The notes beneath the pieces were generated by a model, which was not told the DNA's origin, searched no databases, and saw nothing but the letters and a program-made list of their open reading frames with translations. 61,167 nt of DNA from Holosporales bacterium. GTDB lineage: Bacteria > Pseudomonadota > Alphaproteobacteria > BNTO01. Shown piece after piece: positions 1-11,472 of this stretch (the first letter of the stretch is position 1; the number at the start of each line of letters is the position of its first letter). The position numbers and the translations under genes were made by a program. The stretch spans positions 1 to 61,167 of the forward strand of contig JAITIY010000025.1 of NCBI GenBank assembly GCA_031279185.1. Direction: 5' to 3'.

Positions 1-126
1 TGGCTATATGTTGCCGCCCCGCTACCTTTGTCAGTTGTTGGCGATTTGTCGGCGTTGGGGTGGACCAACATGGGATGCCATACGACGCGATTCGGAACGT
101 TATTTACTACCGCGGTGGAAGGCTAG
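1..126 (+). other. Possible 3' end of an upstream CDS cut by the window edge. Frame 1 is open from nt 1 to TAG at 124-126 (..WLYVAAPLPLSVVGDLSALGWTNMGCHTTRFGTLFTTAVEG*).
   Basis: Open frame running in from the window edge with a hydrophobic tail. No family recognised. Confidence 0.15.
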
Positions 127-637
127 TAACGGAGAGGTCGCCAGGACGTGGGAAGAACTTCTGAGTACGGCGCCTCAAAAGGCACGCTTTTATGGCGGGC
201 GTTGACTCGAAAGTAGTGCATGGGCCGACATCGGGGGGCGAGTTCTGCCGTTGGATTCAATTATTCATCCCCGGATGACCTGTGACCTGCCCACCAATAT
301 ACGTGTCAGCTTTGTCCGCGCGGGCTCCGTTGCTTGGTGGCGGTGTTTGAGCAGGCTGTGCCAGCTCGACGAGTTGCCATCGTTGGGATTACTTTCCGAC
401 AAACGCCATAATAGTCCAGAAAGTTATTTTTCAACGAAAAAACTCTTGGAGGCTGTCTGCAAATTCATCATCGGCACAGGGACATTTATAAACTTTATTC
501 GTGCACAAGAACACAAGAATGTGTTATGTGGATCTTGCTTGAGTCGTGTCAATATCGTAGAATGCTTAGCGTATTAGTTCATGCGAATATTGCGTTTCGT
601 TTAGATCTGCGCAGTGTTTTTTTGATGAGGGATCTGT

Positions 638-2200
638 ATGAGTTCAAAATGCGGTAAGTCTGAACAGGAGTTTACTGGTTGGCGTAATATTTTATGGCCG
701 ATACACAACCATGAAATGAAAAAATTTGTTCCAATGGGGTTAATGATGATGTTCATACTCTTCAATTACACTCTTATGCGGGATACGAAGGATGTGTTGG
801 TTGTTAATGCTCCAGGGAGCGGAGCTGAGGTGTTGAGCTTTTTAAAACTTTTTGGCGTTTTGCCAGGTGCTGTGCTTTTCATGCTTGTCTATACAAAAAT
901 CGCGAATTTAATGAGCAGTGAAAAAATTTTTTACTCCATAATCGCTTTTTTTATGGTTTTTTTTGCGATGTTTGGGTTTGTTCTAAGTCCGCTTGGTCCT
1001 GCATTACACGCTGATTTGAATACAATTAATTCTTGGCGAGCTTCATGTCCTCCAGGTTTGTATTGGCCGCTTGCTGCAGTTGCGAACTGGACGTACAGCT
1101 TGTATTACATTATGGCTGAGTTGTGGGGCAGTGTTGCCATTGGTCTCCTCTTTTGGCAGTTTGCAAACGCGACGACGAAAGTGACAGAATCAAGACGGTT
1201 TTACGCGTTTTATGGCATGATCGGAAATGTGGGATTGTTGAGTTCCGCTGGTGTCCTTTGGGTGAGTTCTCTGTTTGGTTCGCGCGCACGAATTAACGGT
1301 ACCAGTGCAGGGTATGGTGATGGATATGTTGAGAATCTCAGAGTTGTCGTCTGTGCAATCCTTGTGGCTGGGTTGTTTATCATGTTTATCTATAATTGGA
1401 TGCAAAAGCATGTTTTGACTGATCCTGCGTTGTTTGATCCTTCGCTGGTTAAGGAAAAGCACCAGAAACTCAATTTGTCTGTTGTGGATAGTTTTAAGTG
1501 CATATTTAAGTCTTCGTATCTTGGCTTGTTGTTGTTGATGGTGCTTGGATACAATATTTGTATGCCGCTTGTAGAGTTAATTTGGAAAAGCCAATTGAAA
1601 ATTGCATTTCCGGATCGAAACGATTATCAAAGTGTTATGGGTTTGCTCAGCTTTTCGACCGGTGCATTTACGATGATTGTTACTGTGGTTGGGATGAATA
1701 TATTACGTCGTTGTTCTTGGCGGACTGCTGCGTTGATTACTCCTATCATGTTTTTGGTCGCTAGTGCGTTGTTTTTCTTGTTGTTGAATTATACGAGGAT
1801 TACTGGGCCGAATACGCCTGTTGATCTCGGATTTATGACTACTACTGTTGTGATGTTGACTGTGGTCGTTGGTTTGATTCAAAACGTGGCGTCAAAGGGC
1901 ACTAAATATTCGTTGTTTGATCCAACTAAGCAGATGGCGTACATTCCGCTCGAGCCTGAACTGAAATCGAAAGGGCAGGCGGCTGTCGAGGTCGTCGGTG
2001 GACGGCTTGGTAAATCGGCAGGTGCTGGGATTTTGTCGGGATTGCTTTGGCTGTTCGGGGGTGCTACTTCTTTATTGTCGTTAAGTCCGATACTTGGCCC
2101 GATCATCCTTTTGATCGCGTTTTTGTGGATTTTGGCAGTGTTTGGATTGAATAAAATGTTTTTGTCATTAACGTCAAAATCTGGCGTCGCCTCTAAGTGA
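638..2200 (+). CDS. tlc: ATP/ADP (nucleotide) translocase, Tlc/NTT family
   Basis: 520-aa polytopic membrane ORF. The N-terminal WPIHNHEMKKFVPMGLMMMFILFNYTLMRDTKDVLVV matches the signature start of rickettsial/chlamydial Tlc proteins as I recall it (WPI..HE.KK..PM...FNYT.LRDTKD). Confidence 0.9.
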   Translation: MSSKCGKSEQEFTGWRNILWPIHNHEMKKFVPMGLMMMFILFNYTLMRDTKDVLVVNAPGSGAEVLSFLKLFGVLPGAVLFMLVYTKIANLMSSEKIFYSIIAFFMVFFAMFGFVLSPLGPALHADLNTINSWRASCPPGLYWPLAAVANWTYSLYYIMAELWGSVAIGLLFWQFANATTKVTESRRFYAFYGMIGNVGLLSSAGVLWVSSLFGSRARINGTSAGYGDGYVENLRVVVCAILVAGLFIMFIYNWMQKHVLTDPALFDPSLVKEKHQKLNLSVVDSFKCIFKSSYLGLLLLMVLGYNICMPLVELIWKSQLKIAFPDRNDYQSVMGLLSFSTGAFTMIVTVVGMNILRRCSWRTAALITPIMFLVASALFFLLLNYTRITGPNTPVDLGFMTTTVVMLTVVVGLIQNVASKGTKYSLFDPTKQMAYIPLEPELKSKGQAAVEVVGGRLGKSAGAGILSGLLWLFGGATSLLSLSPILGPIILLIAFLWILAVFGLNKMFLSLTSKSGVASK

Positions 2201-2371
2201 GTTTGACATGTCGGGTCTTGATGGTTCGTTTTTCGGGTTTTCCACTCATGCATGTAAAGTCCGAGTTGGGGCAGGGTAGGGCATGTTGGTACGTAGCAGG
2301 ACAAGTGAGGGCGATTTGTTCGGGCAACGCGTGGCTCTCTTCGCCTCTCGTGTGGTCGCGTTCGGCACGCC

Positions 2372-2400
2372 TTGACTTGGTGTTTTTTTGTCGTTAGACT
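2372..2400 (+). promoter_or_regulatory. Sigma70-like promoter candidate for the rpsL operon (TTGACT-17 nt-TAGACT)
   Basis: TTGACT at 2372-2377, a 17-nt spacer, TAGACT at 2395-2400, about 62 nt upstream of the rpsL ATG. Confidence 0.4.
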
Positions 2401-2461
2401 TACTTAACGTTATGATTAATATATCGTTTTTGTTTGTGTCGTTTTTGTTTAAGTTGAATGT

Positions 2462-2833
2462 ATGCCTACTATAAACCAATTGATTCGCAAGCCTCGTGTG
2501 CCTCGGGTCGCTAAAGATAATGTCCCTGCTCTTGTTGGATGCCCTCAGCGGCGTGGGGTGTGTACTCGTGTATTCACTACGACTCCAAAGAAGCCAAACT
2601 CAGCTATGCGAAAAGTGGCGCGTATTCGTCTAAATAATGGCTTCGAAGTGACTGGATATATCCCTGGGGAAGGACATAATTTGCAGGAGCATTCTGTTGT
2701 TATGATACAAGGCGGGCGTGTGAAGGATTTGCCTGGTGTTCGGTACCATATAATTCGTGGTGTGCTTGATACTCAAGGTGTTAAGAATAGAAAACAAGCT
2801 CGTTCGCGATATGGTGCCAAGCGCCCAAAGTGA
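2462..2833 (+). CDS. rpsL: 30S ribosomal protein S12
   Basis: [12 protein letters not shown]... and ..[16 protein letters not shown].., the canonical S12 sequence. Confidence 0.98.
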   Translation: MPTINQLIRKPRVPRVAKDNVPALVGCPQRRGVCTRVFTTTPKKPNSAMRKVARIRLNNGFEVTGYIPGEGHNLQEHSVVMIQGGRVKDLPGVRYHIIRGVLDTQGVKNRKQARSRYGAKRPK

Positions 2834-2891
2834 TAAACGATTTTGCTGTGATTCGGAGTGCGTTTTTTTGTGAGTAGTCGGGAGAAGTTAA

Positions 2892-3362
<471 letters not shown>

Positions 3363-3371
3363 GGGGATTTT

Positions 3372-5456
3372 ATGGGTGAACCAGGGCGTGTAGTTTCTCT
3401 TGATCGATACCGAAATATTGGCATCATGGCCCATATTGATGCTGGCAAGACTACTACCACTGAACGCATTTTGTTTTATACCGGGAAATCACACCGTATT
3501 GGCGAAGTCCACGAGGGCGAGGCTACTATGGATTGGATGGTGCAGGAGCAGGAACGTGGGATAACGATTACTTCTGCAGCTACGACGTGTTTTTGGCGAG
3601 ATCATAGAATAAATATAATAGATACTCCAGGACATGTGGATTTTACTATTGAGGTGGAACGTAGTTTACGTGTCTTGGATGGTGCTGTCGCTGTTTTTGA
3701 TGGTGTTGCTGGGGTTGAACCGCAATCGGAGACTGTCTGGCGGCAGGCTGATAAATATAATGTTCCTCGTATTTGTTTTGTGAATAAATTGGATCGTGTC
3801 GGTGCAGATTTTTTTCGTTGCGTTGGCATGATTACAGAACGGCTTGGTGGTCGTCCTGTTGTTTTGCAATTGCCTATTGGTGCCGAATCGGACTTCGTCG
3901 GCGTGGTTGACGTTGTGGCGCAAAAGGGGATTATTTGGGGGAACGAAGATAGCGGGTCTACGATGCAGGTTGTGGATATCCCGTCGGATTTAGTTGCTTC
4001 GTCGCGTCGTTATTACGCCGATTTGTTGGATGCTGTTGTAGATATGGATGATGGCGTGATGGAGTCTTATCTTAATGGGGAAGAGCTATCTGCCGAACAG
4101 ATAAAAAAATGCATCCGTTTGGGGGTTAGGGCTGGTAAATTTGTTCCTGTTTTATGTGGTTCTGCGTTCAAAAATAAAGGTGTCCAGACGTTGCTGGATG
4201 CTGTAGTCGAGTATTTACCGTCTCCTGCGGATCTGGGAATAGTTCGTGGGCTTGATGTGGATACTGGCGGGCCGTTGACTCGGGACCTGCGTGACGATGC
4301 ACCTTTTGCTGGGTTAGCATTTAAGGTGGCCAGCGACCCGTTCGTAGGTTCGATTACGTTTGTTCGTGTTTACTCAGGGACTATTGAGTCTGGTGGCTCT
4401 ATGCTGAATGCGAGTAAAGGGAAAATTGAGCGGATCGGGCGAATGTTGTTGATGCATGCGAACAACCGTGAAGATATCAAGGTGGCGAAGGCTGGTGATA
4501 TTGTTGCTTTGTGCGGTTTGAAGTGTACGTCGACTGGCGATACTTTGTGTGCAGAACGCTATCCGATTGTACTTGAAAAATTAAGTTTCCCGGATCCTGT
4601 GATTGAGATTGCAATAGAGCCTCAGACTAAAGCGGACCAGGAAAAGATGGGTATCGCTTTGTCTAGATTGGCCGCAGAGGATCCTTCTTTCCGAATTAGT
4701 AGCGATCCTGAGACTGGTCAAACTGTAATAAAGGGCATGGGCGAGCTTCATCTTGACGTAAAAGTTGATATATTGCGGCGGGAATATTCTGTTAATGCGA
4801 ATATTGGTGCTCCTCAAGTTGCGTATAGAGAAACTATTACGCGGCGGAATGAAATTGATTATACTCATAAAAAACAATCTGGTGGGGCTGGGCAATTCGC
4901 TCGAGTAAAAATTGTTTTTGAGCCTCTTGATCCAGGTAGTGGATTTGTTTTTGAAAGCAAGATTGTCGGTGGCTCCGTTCCGAAAGAATATATTCCTGGC
5001 GTAGAAAAAGGATTGTTGTCGGCGTTGAATACTGGTGTTGTCGCTGGTTTTCCTATGGTCGATTTTAAAGCTGTGCTGGTCGATGGTGCGTACCATGATG
5101 TCGATTCTAGTGTTTTGGCTTTTGAGATCGCAGCACGTGCCGCTTTTCGGGAGGGCATTGTGAAGTGCACGCCGCGGTTGCTTGAGCCGATTATGCGTGT
5201 TGAAGTCGTCACACCTGAGGATTATATGGGTGATGTTATTGGCGATTTGAACAGTAGGAGAGGGCAAGTGACAGGGATGGACCAACGTGGTAATGCACGG
5301 GTGATTTGTGCGGCAGTGCCATTGTCAAATATGTTTGGGTATGTTAATACATTGAGGTCGATGTCTCAAGGTCGTGCGCAGTTTAGTATGGAGTTTGCAC
5401 GTTATGAACAGGTCCCGCCGCAAATAGCTGAAGAAATTAAGGGAAAGATGTGTTAG
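3372..5456 (+). CDS. fusA: Elongation factor G
   Basis: 694 aa with [30 protein letters not shown] and NKLDR GTPase motifs. Sits in the str operon position. Confidence 0.98.
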   Translation: MGEPGRVVSLDRYRNIGIMAHIDAGKTTTTERILFYTGKSHRIGEVHEGEATMDWMVQEQERGITITSAATTCFWRDHRINIIDTPGHVDFTIEVERSLRVLDGAVAVFDGVAGVEPQSETVWRQADKYNVPRICFVNKLDRVGADFFRCVGMITERLGGRPVVLQLPIGAESDFVGVVDVVAQKGIIWGNEDSGSTMQVVDIPSDLVASSRRYYADLLDAVVDMDDGVMESYLNGEELSAEQIKKCIRLGVRAGKFVPVLCGSAFKNKGVQTLLDAVVEYLPSPADLGIVRGLDVDTGGPLTRDLRDDAPFAGLAFKVASDPFVGSITFVRVYSGTIESGGSMLNASKGKIERIGRMLLMHANNREDIKVAKAGDIVALCGLKCTSTGDTLCAERYPIVLEKLSFPDPVIEIAIEPQTKADQEKMGIALSRLAAEDPSFRISSDPETGQTVIKGMGELHLDVKVDILRREYSVNANIGAPQVAYRETITRRNEIDYTHKKQSGGAGQFARVKIVFEPLDPGSGFVFESKIVGGSVPKEYIPGVEKGLLSALNTGVVAGFPMVDFKAVLVDGAYHDVDSSVLAFEIAARAAFREGIVKCTPRLLEPIMRVEVVTPEDYMGDVIGDLNSRRGQVTGMDQRGNARVICAAVPLSNMFGYVNTLRSMSQGRAQFSMEFARYEQVPPQIAEEIKGKMC

Positions 5457-5499
5457 TTTTATAAAGTTTGATTCTGTATCAATTTGGAAGGAGTGCGTA

Positions 5500-6690
5500 A
5501 TGTCAAAGGCTAAGTTTGAAAGGAATAAGCCTCATTGTAATATAGGAACGATTGGCCATGTGGACCATGGCAAAACGTCGTTAACCGCAGCGATTACAAA
5601 AGTTTTATCGGAACGTGGGCAAGCAAACTTTACGGCTTATGATGAAATCGACAAGGCTCCTGAAGAAAAAGCACGTGGTATCACGATAACTACCGCGCAT
5701 GTGGAGTATGAGACTGATAACCGTCATTATGCTCATGTTGATTGTCCGGGGCATGCTGACTACGTTAAGAATATGATAACTGGCGCTGCTCAGATGGATG
5801 GCGCGATATTGGTTGTTTCTGCCGCTGATGGAGCTATGCCTCAGACGCGTGAACATATTTTGTTGGCGCGGCAGGTTGGTGTACCAGCGTTGGTTGTATT
5901 CATGAATAAAATGGATATGGTCGATGATCCAGAGTTGGTTGAGTTGGTGGAGCTGGAGGTTCGGGAACTGTTGTCTTCTTATGGTTTCCCGGGTGATAAG
6001 GTCCCTGTTGTGCGTGGTTCTGCCGTTTGTGCTTTGGATGATAGCAATACTGTTTTGGGGCGTGACGCAGTTCTGACGTTGATGGCCGAGATTGACGCGT
6101 ATATTCCACAGCCGGAACGGCCAAAAGATAAGCCGTTTTTGATGCCTATCGAGGATGTGTTTTCTATTTCTGGTCGTGGTACGGTTGTTACTGGTCGTAT
6201 CGAAGCTGGCGTTATAAAGGTTGGCGAGGAAGTGGAGATAGTTGGCTTTTCTCCTACGGCAAAGACAGTTGTGACAGGTATCGAGATGTTCCGGAAAATG
6301 CTGGATCAAGGCGATGCTGGTGATAACGTAGGTATGTTGTTGCGAGGCACTAAGAAAGAAGAAGTCGAGCGCGGCCAAGTGCTGGCTAAACCAGGTTCGA
6401 TAACTCCGCATGTGCAGTTTGAGGCGGAGGTTTATGTTTTGACAAAGGAGGAAGGCGGTCGCCATACTCCATTTTTCACGAATTATCGTCCTCAGTTCTA
6501 TTTTAGAACTACAGATGTTACCGGGACTGTGACATTGCCTGCTGGCGTTGACATGGTGATGCCTGGTGATAATGTTCGTATGAACGTTGAACTGCTTTCG
6601 CCGATCGCTATGGATGAAGGCCTACGCTTCGCCATTAGAGAAGGTGGCCATACTGTTGGAGCGGGTGTTGTTTCTAAGGTTTTGAAGTAA
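5500..6690 (+). CDS. tuf: Elongation factor Tu
   Basis: [45 protein letters not shown]. 396 aa. Confidence 0.99.
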   Translation: MSKAKFERNKPHCNIGTIGHVDHGKTSLTAAITKVLSERGQANFTAYDEIDKAPEEKARGITITTAHVEYETDNRHYAHVDCPGHADYVKNMITGAAQMDGAILVVSAADGAMPQTREHILLARQVGVPALVVFMNKMDMVDDPELVELVELEVRELLSSYGFPGDKVPVVRGSAVCALDDSNTVLGRDAVLTLMAEIDAYIPQPERPKDKPFLMPIEDVFSISGRGTVVTGRIEAGVIKVGEEVEIVGFSPTAKTVVTGIEMFRKMLDQGDAGDNVGMLLRGTKKEEVERGQVLAKPGSITPHVQFEAEVYVLTKEEGGRHTPFFTNYRPQFYFRTTDVTGTVTLPAGVDMVMPGDNVRMNVELLSPIAMDEGLRFAIREGGHTVGAGVVSKVLK

Positions 6691-6700
6691 CGGTAGTTGG

Positions 6701-7021
6701 GTGGCTGTAGCTATGTCTGGGCGATATATACGAATAAAATTGAACGCATACGATCATAGGTTGTTGGATCAATCTGTGAAGGAAATTGTTGGCACGGTGC
6801 GTCGTTCTGGTGCAAAGGTGTTCGGCCCGATCCCTGTTCCGACTAGGTGTGAGCGTTTCACGGTTAATAGGTCGCCTCATGTGGACAAAAAGTCTAGAGA
6901 TCAATTCGAAATTAGAACGCACAAGCGCGTTATTGATATAGTGGATTGGTTGCCACAAACTGTTGATGCTTTGATGAATCTTGAACTCGCGGCCGGTGTC
7001 GGCGTTAAAATAAAATTATAG
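6701..7021 (+). CDS. rpsJ: 30S ribosomal protein S10 (start GTG 6701 or ATG 6713)
   Basis: [16 protein letters not shown]...[23 protein letters not shown] is classic S10. Confidence 0.96.
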   Translation: MAVAMSGRYIRIKLNAYDHRLLDQSVKEIVGTVRRSGAKVFGPIPVPTRCERFTVNRSPHVDKKSRDQFEIRTHKRVIDIVDWLPQTVDALMNLELAAGVGVKIKL

Positions 7022-7030
7022 GTCGTTTTT

Positions 7031-7696
7031 ATGAGAACTGGTGTTGTTGCAAAAAAAATAGGAATGACCAGAATTTTCTCAGCAGACGGAGTCAGTGTGC
7101 CGGTGACCGTCCTGCAAGTAGATGAGTGCGTCGTATTGGAACAAAAAACGATGTCGCGTGACGGTTATGACGCCGTTAAACTCGGTGCTGGGCAAACCCG
7201 CGTGAGTAAACTGTCTCGTGCTGTTCGTTGCATTTATTCATCTAAAGATCTTGAACCTCGTGCGATGATGAAGGAATTTCGGGTGACTTCTGATGGTTTG
7301 CTTGATGTCGGCACGTTGATTCGTGTAGATCATTTTTCGAGTGGTCAGTTGGTCGATGTTACTGGGATCTCGATTGGGAAAGGCTTTGCTGGTGTGATAA
7401 AACGACATGGTTTTGGGGGCCTGCGTGCTACGCATGGTGTCTCTCTCTCTCATAGAAGTCATGGGTCCGTCGGAAATAGGACTAAACCTGGCCGGATATT
7501 TAAAAATAAGAGAATGGCGGGGCACCTCGGTAATGTAAAGGTTACTACTTTGAATTTGACCGTGCATGGGATTGATAATGCTCGTGGGTTGTTGTTCTTA
7601 CGTGGAAGTGTGCCTGGCCCGAAGAACGGTATTGTGTTTGTCCGCGATGCGATAAAGGCTGCGTCTGTAAAAGTTGGCGGCGAGGTAGTGCTATGA
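7031..7696 (+). CDS. rplC: 50S ribosomal protein L3
   Basis: MRTGVVAKKIGMTRIF...GKGFAGVIKRHGF.G. S10 operon order. Confidence 0.96.
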   Translation: MRTGVVAKKIGMTRIFSADGVSVPVTVLQVDECVVLEQKTMSRDGYDAVKLGAGQTRVSKLSRAVRCIYSSKDLEPRAMMKEFRVTSDGLLDVGTLIRVDHFSSGQLVDVTGISIGKGFAGVIKRHGFGGLRATHGVSLSHRSHGSVGNRTKPGRIFKNKRMAGHLGNVKVTTLNLTVHGIDNARGLLFLRGSVPGPKNGIVFVRDAIKAASVKVGGEVVL

Positions 7697-8313
7697 AGTT
7701 CGATGTCTTAGATTTGACGTATAATTTGTGTGGGGAATTTGAGGTGAGCGACGCGTTCTTTGCCGTTGAGCCGCGGGCCGATATAATCGGGCGTGTTGTT
7801 CGGTGGCAGTTAGCAAAACGGAGAGCGGGAACTCATCAGACTAAGACAATTAGTCAGGTGAGCGGTTCTGGCAAAAAGATCGTCAAACAAAAAGGAAGCG
7901 GGGGTGCAAGACACGGTTCGCGCCGTGGCACCCAGTTCCGCGGCGGTGGCATTGTTTTTGGGCCGACTACTAGATCTTATGAGTATGGATTGCAGAAGAA
8001 AGTTCGTAGACTTGGTTTGCGAATGGCTATTGTCGATAAGGTTCGGAGTGGTGAATTCGTTGTCCTTCGGGATTTTGCCTTGGAACAGCCGAATACCAAA
8101 AAATTTATATCTGTTTTCGAAAAGAATGGTGTTGGCTCCGCTTTGCTCGTTGACGATACTGTTGGGGATAATTTGTTAAAGTCCGTACGGTCTGCTGATA
8201 GTTTTGATGCTATAGCTCAGATTGGTGTTAACGTCTATGATGTATTGCGAAAAGATTATTTGATTATGTCCGTCTCTGCGCTGGAATCTGTAGTACGGAG
8301 GTTGCATGTCTGA
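7693..8313 (+). CDS. rplD: 50S ribosomal protein L4
   Basis: ..GSGKKIVKQKGSGGARHGSRRGTQFRGGGIVFGP.. L4 motif. Overlaps the rplC stop. Confidence 0.96.
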   Translation: MKFDVLDLTYNLCGEFEVSDAFFAVEPRADIIGRVVRWQLAKRRAGTHQTKTISQVSGSGKKIVKQKGSGGARHGSRRGTQFRGGGIVFGPTTRSYEYGLQKKVRRLGLRMAIVDKVRSGEFVVLRDFALEQPNTKKFISVFEKNGVGSALLVDDTVGDNLLKSVRSADSFDAIAQIGVNVYDVLRKDYLIMSVSALESVVRRLHV

Positions 8314-8629
8314 TAATTCTGTAGAGAAGGTTGTCCTTACTGATTTTGATGTATTGAAATGTCCTCTCGTTAGCGAAAAAATTATGATGCGCGGTGAGGC
8401 TCGGCAGTATTGTTTTGCCGTGGATATACATGCGCGTAAGCCTGCTATAAAGAATGCTGTTGAGCGTATTTTCGGCGTGAAAGTCGTCTCTGTTAACACG
8501 TTGATTCGCAAAGGGAAGAACAAAGTATTCCGCGGCCATCGGGCAAGACGTGGCGATGTTAAACATGCGATGGTGGTGTTGGCTGATGGTTATAGCATCT
8601 CGTCGGTGATGCCTGGAGGTTCGTCGTGA
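8306..8629 (+). CDS. rplW: 50S ribosomal protein L23
   Basis: 107 aa with ..[11 protein letters not shown]....FAVD..A.K..IK.AVE..FGVKV..VNTL. Operon position. Confidence 0.94.
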   Translation: MSDNSVEKVVLTDFDVLKCPLVSEKIMMRGEARQYCFAVDIHARKPAIKNAVERIFGVKVVSVNTLIRKGKNKVFRGHRARRGDVKHAMVVLADGYSISSVMPGGSS

Positions 8630-9438
8630 CTTTAAAACAGTATAATCCAATTACGTCGTCTGCGCGGCAGCTTGTTAATATTGATAGGTCAGAACTTTGG
8701 TCTGGTGGACCGCATCGAAGTTTGGTTTACGGCTTGAGTCGTACGAGTGGGCGGAATAATCTAGGACGGATAACTAGTCGGCATCGTGGGGGGCGGCATA
8801 AGCGGCTTTATCGTGTCGTTGATTTTTTACGGGATAAAGATGACTCGGCATGTACGGTGGAACGGGTCGAGTATGATCCTAATCGTACGGCGTTTATAGC
8901 GTTGGTGCGTTACGACGATGGGGAGTATCGTTACATTTTGGCTCCAAGTAAGATCGTCGTCGGTCAACGTTTGCTTTCTGGAGATAGAGTTGATGTCGTG
9001 CCTGGCAATTGCATGAAGTTGAAGAATATTCCTATTGGTAGTGTTGTTCATAATGTGGAATTGAAAGTAGGACGCGGCGGTCAGCTTGCTAAGTCAGCTG
9101 GTGCTAGTTCTCAGATTATGGGGCGTGATGGGCCATATGTGCTGCTTCGTTCGCCGTCAGGGGTCGTCCGGATTGTTGTTGGTGAATGTCGTGCTACTAT
9201 TGGTGTTGTATCTAATTCGGATAATCAAAATAGAAATGATGCGAAAGCGGGACGATGCCGGTGGCGTGGAATTCGACCGCAAACACGCGGTATCTCTATG
9301 AACCCTGTCGACCATCCTCATGGCGGACGTACAAATGGTGGCCGTCATCCGTGCACACCGTGGGGGATCTGTACTAAGGGGTATAAGACTCGACGGAATA
9401 AGCGTACTGATAGGTGGATTGTGTCTCGTGGGAAATGA
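8626..9438 (+). CDS. rplB: 50S ribosomal protein L2
   Basis: ..[24 protein letters not shown]..; [13 protein letters not shown]2 signature. Confidence 0.98.
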   Translation: MTLKQYNPITSSARQLVNIDRSELWSGGPHRSLVYGLSRTSGRNNLGRITSRHRGGRHKRLYRVVDFLRDKDDSACTVERVEYDPNRTAFIALVRYDDGEYRYILAPSKIVVGQRLLSGDRVDVVPGNCMKLKNIPIGSVVHNVELKVGRGGQLAKSAGASSQIMGRDGPYVLLRSPSGVVRIVVGECRATIGVVSNSDNQNRNDAKAGRCRWRGIRPQTRGISMNPVDHPHGGRTNGGRHPCTPWGICTKGYKTRRNKRTDRWIVSRGK

Positions 9439-9532
9439 TTGGTTTTTGATTTTACATTTTATTCGTATTCGTGTAATAATTGCTACAGTTGTTCGTTCGG
9501 TGTATTGTCGTTTTGGCGTTCGAGGTGTGTTG

Positions 9533-9808
9533 GTGGCTAGATCTGTTTGGAAGGGTCCATTTTTTGACGGTTATTTGTTGAAAAAAGCTGAGGCTGTTTT
9601 AGGCGCTGGTCGTCATGACGTGATTAAAACTTGGTCGCGGCGGTCTACAATTATTCCACAGTTTGTTGGCGTGACCTTCGGTGTACATAACGGTCGTAAA
9701 TTTGTTCCGGTTTTCGTGACTGAGAATATGGTCGGGCATAAGCTTGGAGAATTTTCACCGACTCGTACGTATCACGGGCACACGAAGGATAAGGGGTCGA
9801 GGAAATAA
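9533..9808 (+). CDS. rpsS: 30S ribosomal protein S19. GTG start at 9533 after a GAGGTG RBS. The 162-aa track ORF from 9320 is an artefactual upstream extension.
   Basis: (V)[17 protein letters not shown]...[41 protein letters not shown]. The normal ~91-aa length is obtained only from 9533. Confidence 0.93.
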   Translation: MARSVWKGPFFDGYLLKKAEAVLGAGRHDVIKTWSRRSTIIPQFVGVTFGVHNGRKFVPVFVTENMVGHKLGEFSPTRTYHGHTKDKGSRK

Positions 9809-10161
9809 TGGGTATACTTGACGGTGAGAGCAGGGCTGTGTTGTCGTCAATTCGGGTGTCGCCTCAGAAATTGAACTTGGTCGCTACAGTTATCCGCCAA
9901 ATGGATACTAAGGCTGCTCTTACTTATTTGAAATTTTGTAAAAAACGTAGCGCTAGAGATGTATATAAAGCGCTGTATTCGGCTGTGTCGAATGCTGAAA
10001 ATAATCACGGAATGGATCCGTCTTTGTTGTACGTGAAAGAATCGTGTGTCGGGGCCGGTATCGTGATAAAACGTTTTCATGCGCGAGCGAAGGGCAGAAG
10101 CTCTAGTATTCGCAAACGATTTAGTCGTTTATCGATAACTGTTGCTGAGCGTAAGGAGTAG
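9808..10161 (+). CDS. rplV: 50S ribosomal protein L22
   Basis: ..[15 protein letters not shown]....AL..L.F..K.....V.K.L.SA..NAE.N L22 pattern. Operon position. Confidence 0.95.
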   Translation: MGILDGESRAVLSSIRVSPQKLNLVATVIRQMDTKAALTYLKFCKKRSARDVYKALYSAVSNAENNHGMDPSLLYVKESCVGAGIVIKRFHARAKGRSSSIRKRFSRLSITVAERKE

Positions 10162-10163
10162 GT

Positions 10164-10823
10164 ATGGGCCAGAAGGTTAATCCGATTTGTCTGCGGCTTG
10201 GAATAAATAGGTCGTGGGACTCTCGCTGGGTAAGCGATACTGACTATGCTAATTTTTTACACGAAGATATCAAAATTAGACGGTATATTATGACAACGCT
10301 CGCGGCGGCGGAGGTGTCCCGTGTGGTGATTGAACGTCTCGAGAAAAGGGTTTTTATTTATATTCATGCTGCTCGGCCGGGGGTTTTGATCGGCAAGAAA
10401 GGTTCAGATATAGATAAACTGAAATCTAGTTTGTGTAAAATGATAAACTCTGATGTTTCAATTAATATCGTCGAAGTCCGGAAGCCAGAGGTTGACGCAA
10501 AGCTGGTGGCTGATAATATTGCTCGACAGTTAGAACGGCGGGTGTCTTTTCGTCGCGCTATGAAACGGTCTATGCAAACGGCTATGAAGCTGGGCGCGCT
10601 TGGTATTCGCGTGAATTGCTCCGGTCGATTAGGCGGTGCTGAAATTGCTCGTGTGGAGTGGTTTCGAGAGGGTAGGGTACCTTTACATACTTTGAAGTCT
10701 TTGGTCGATTTCGGTGTGGGGGTCGCCAAAACAACGTATGGGACTTGTGGCGTGAAAGTTTGGGTTTATTCAGGTGATCAAAAGAGTGTTGTTGGCCGCG
10801 AGAAAGTCGGCGCGAATGTTTGA
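10164..10823 (+). CDS. rpsC: 30S ribosomal protein S3
   Basis: [22 protein letters not shown]...[26 protein letters not shown]...[22 protein letters not shown]. Confidence 0.98.
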   Translation: MGQKVNPICLRLGINRSWDSRWVSDTDYANFLHEDIKIRRYIMTTLAAAEVSRVVIERLEKRVFIYIHAARPGVLIGKKGSDIDKLKSSLCKMINSDVSINIVEVRKPEVDAKLVADNIARQLERRVSFRRAMKRSMQTAMKLGALGIRVNCSGRLGGAEIARVEWFREGRVPLHTLKSLVDFGVGVAKTTYGTCGVKVWVYSGDQKSVVGREKVGANV

Positions 10824-10845
10824 GTGTTGGTATTAAGGTTGTGTT

Positions 10846-11259
10846 ATGCTGGCTCCGAAAAAAACAAAGTTTAGAAAAGCGTTTAAAGGTCGCATTCATG
10901 GCCTTGCTCGTTCAGGGTTTTCGGTCGCATTCGGTGATTTTGGGTTGAAGTCGATGGGGCCTATTAGGATTACTGCCCGACAAATAGAATCAGCTCGCCG
11001 CACTATAACTCGTCATATCCGTCGTGCTGGGAAGCTGTGGATTCGCGTGTTCCCTGATGTACCTGTCTCGAAGAAGCCTGCTGAAGTCAGAATGGGACGT
11101 GGTAAAGGTTCGCCGGAGTTTTGGGTTTGTCGTGTTCGTCCCGGCCGGGTGCTGTTTGAGTTGAATGGAGTTTCTGAGTCTGTTGCACGTGAGGCGTTCG
11201 CCTTGGCTGCTGCAAAGTTGCCGGTGGATACGAAATTTGTGTCTCGGATTGGTTTGTGA
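10846..11259 (+). CDS. rplP: 50S ribosomal protein L16
   Basis: [28 protein letters not shown]......ITARQIE.AR..ITR...R.GK.WIR.FPD.P...[11 protein letters not shown]. Confidence 0.98.
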   Translation: MLAPKKTKFRKAFKGRIHGLARSGFSVAFGDFGLKSMGPIRITARQIESARRTITRHIRRAGKLWIRVFPDVPVSKKPAEVRMGRGKGSPEFWVCRVRPGRVLFELNGVSESVAREAFALAAAKLPVDTKFVSRIGL

Positions 11260-11272
11260 TTGGTGAGGGCAG

Positions 11273-11467
11273 ATGTTGTTTGTAACATTGAAAGATAAAA
11301 GCGTTGCCGAGTTGTACGGGGTCGTGGCTGAATGTAAGAAAAAGAGGCTTGATTTGGTTATGAAAGGCTCGTTCGGCGAGAAAGTGCCCGGCCATCTGCT
11401 TCGTGCCGCACGGCGGGATGTCGCTAGAGCTAAGACGCGGTTGTGTCAAATCAAGAAGGGGATATAG
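11273..11467 (+). CDS. rpmC: 50S ribosomal protein L29
   Basis: 64 aa, L..KS..EL......K..L..L......G.......L....RD.AR..T pattern, between rplP and rpsQ. Confidence 0.9.
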   Translation: MLFVTLKDKSVAELYGVVAECKKKRLDLVMKGSFGEKVPGHLLRAARRDVARAKTRLCQIKKGI

Positions 11468-11472
11468 GTAAT

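Noticed and set aside
1-420. A possible structured RNA gene (tmRNA, RNase P RNA, SRP RNA or 23S/5S end) in the GC-rich leader
   Set aside because: I could not find the diagnostic motifs on either strand (GGAAAGTCCGG for RNase P, a GGTTCGA-type T-arm followed by CCA for tmRNA, GGAAGCAGCC for SRP). There is no similarity to the 23S 3' end as I recall it. A covariance-model search is needed before calling anything.
8-577. ORFs 8-205 (65 aa) and 251-577 (108 aa, TTG start) as genes upstream of tlc
   Set aside because: No RBS, no family resemblance, and Cys/Arg/Trp-rich composition typical of random frames in GC-rich DNA. The region is kept only as an unexplained stretch (see findings).
9320-9532. 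N-terminal extensions of rpsS (from 9320), rpmD (from 15221), rpsQ (11443), rplF (13720), rplR (14240), dprA (32281), rluB (33457), eno (37319) and mraY (to 52578)
   Set aside because: Homology to the protein families begins at internal starts that have better RBS context or abut the preceding stop codon. The extended forms overlap neighbouring genes or add non-homologous residues.
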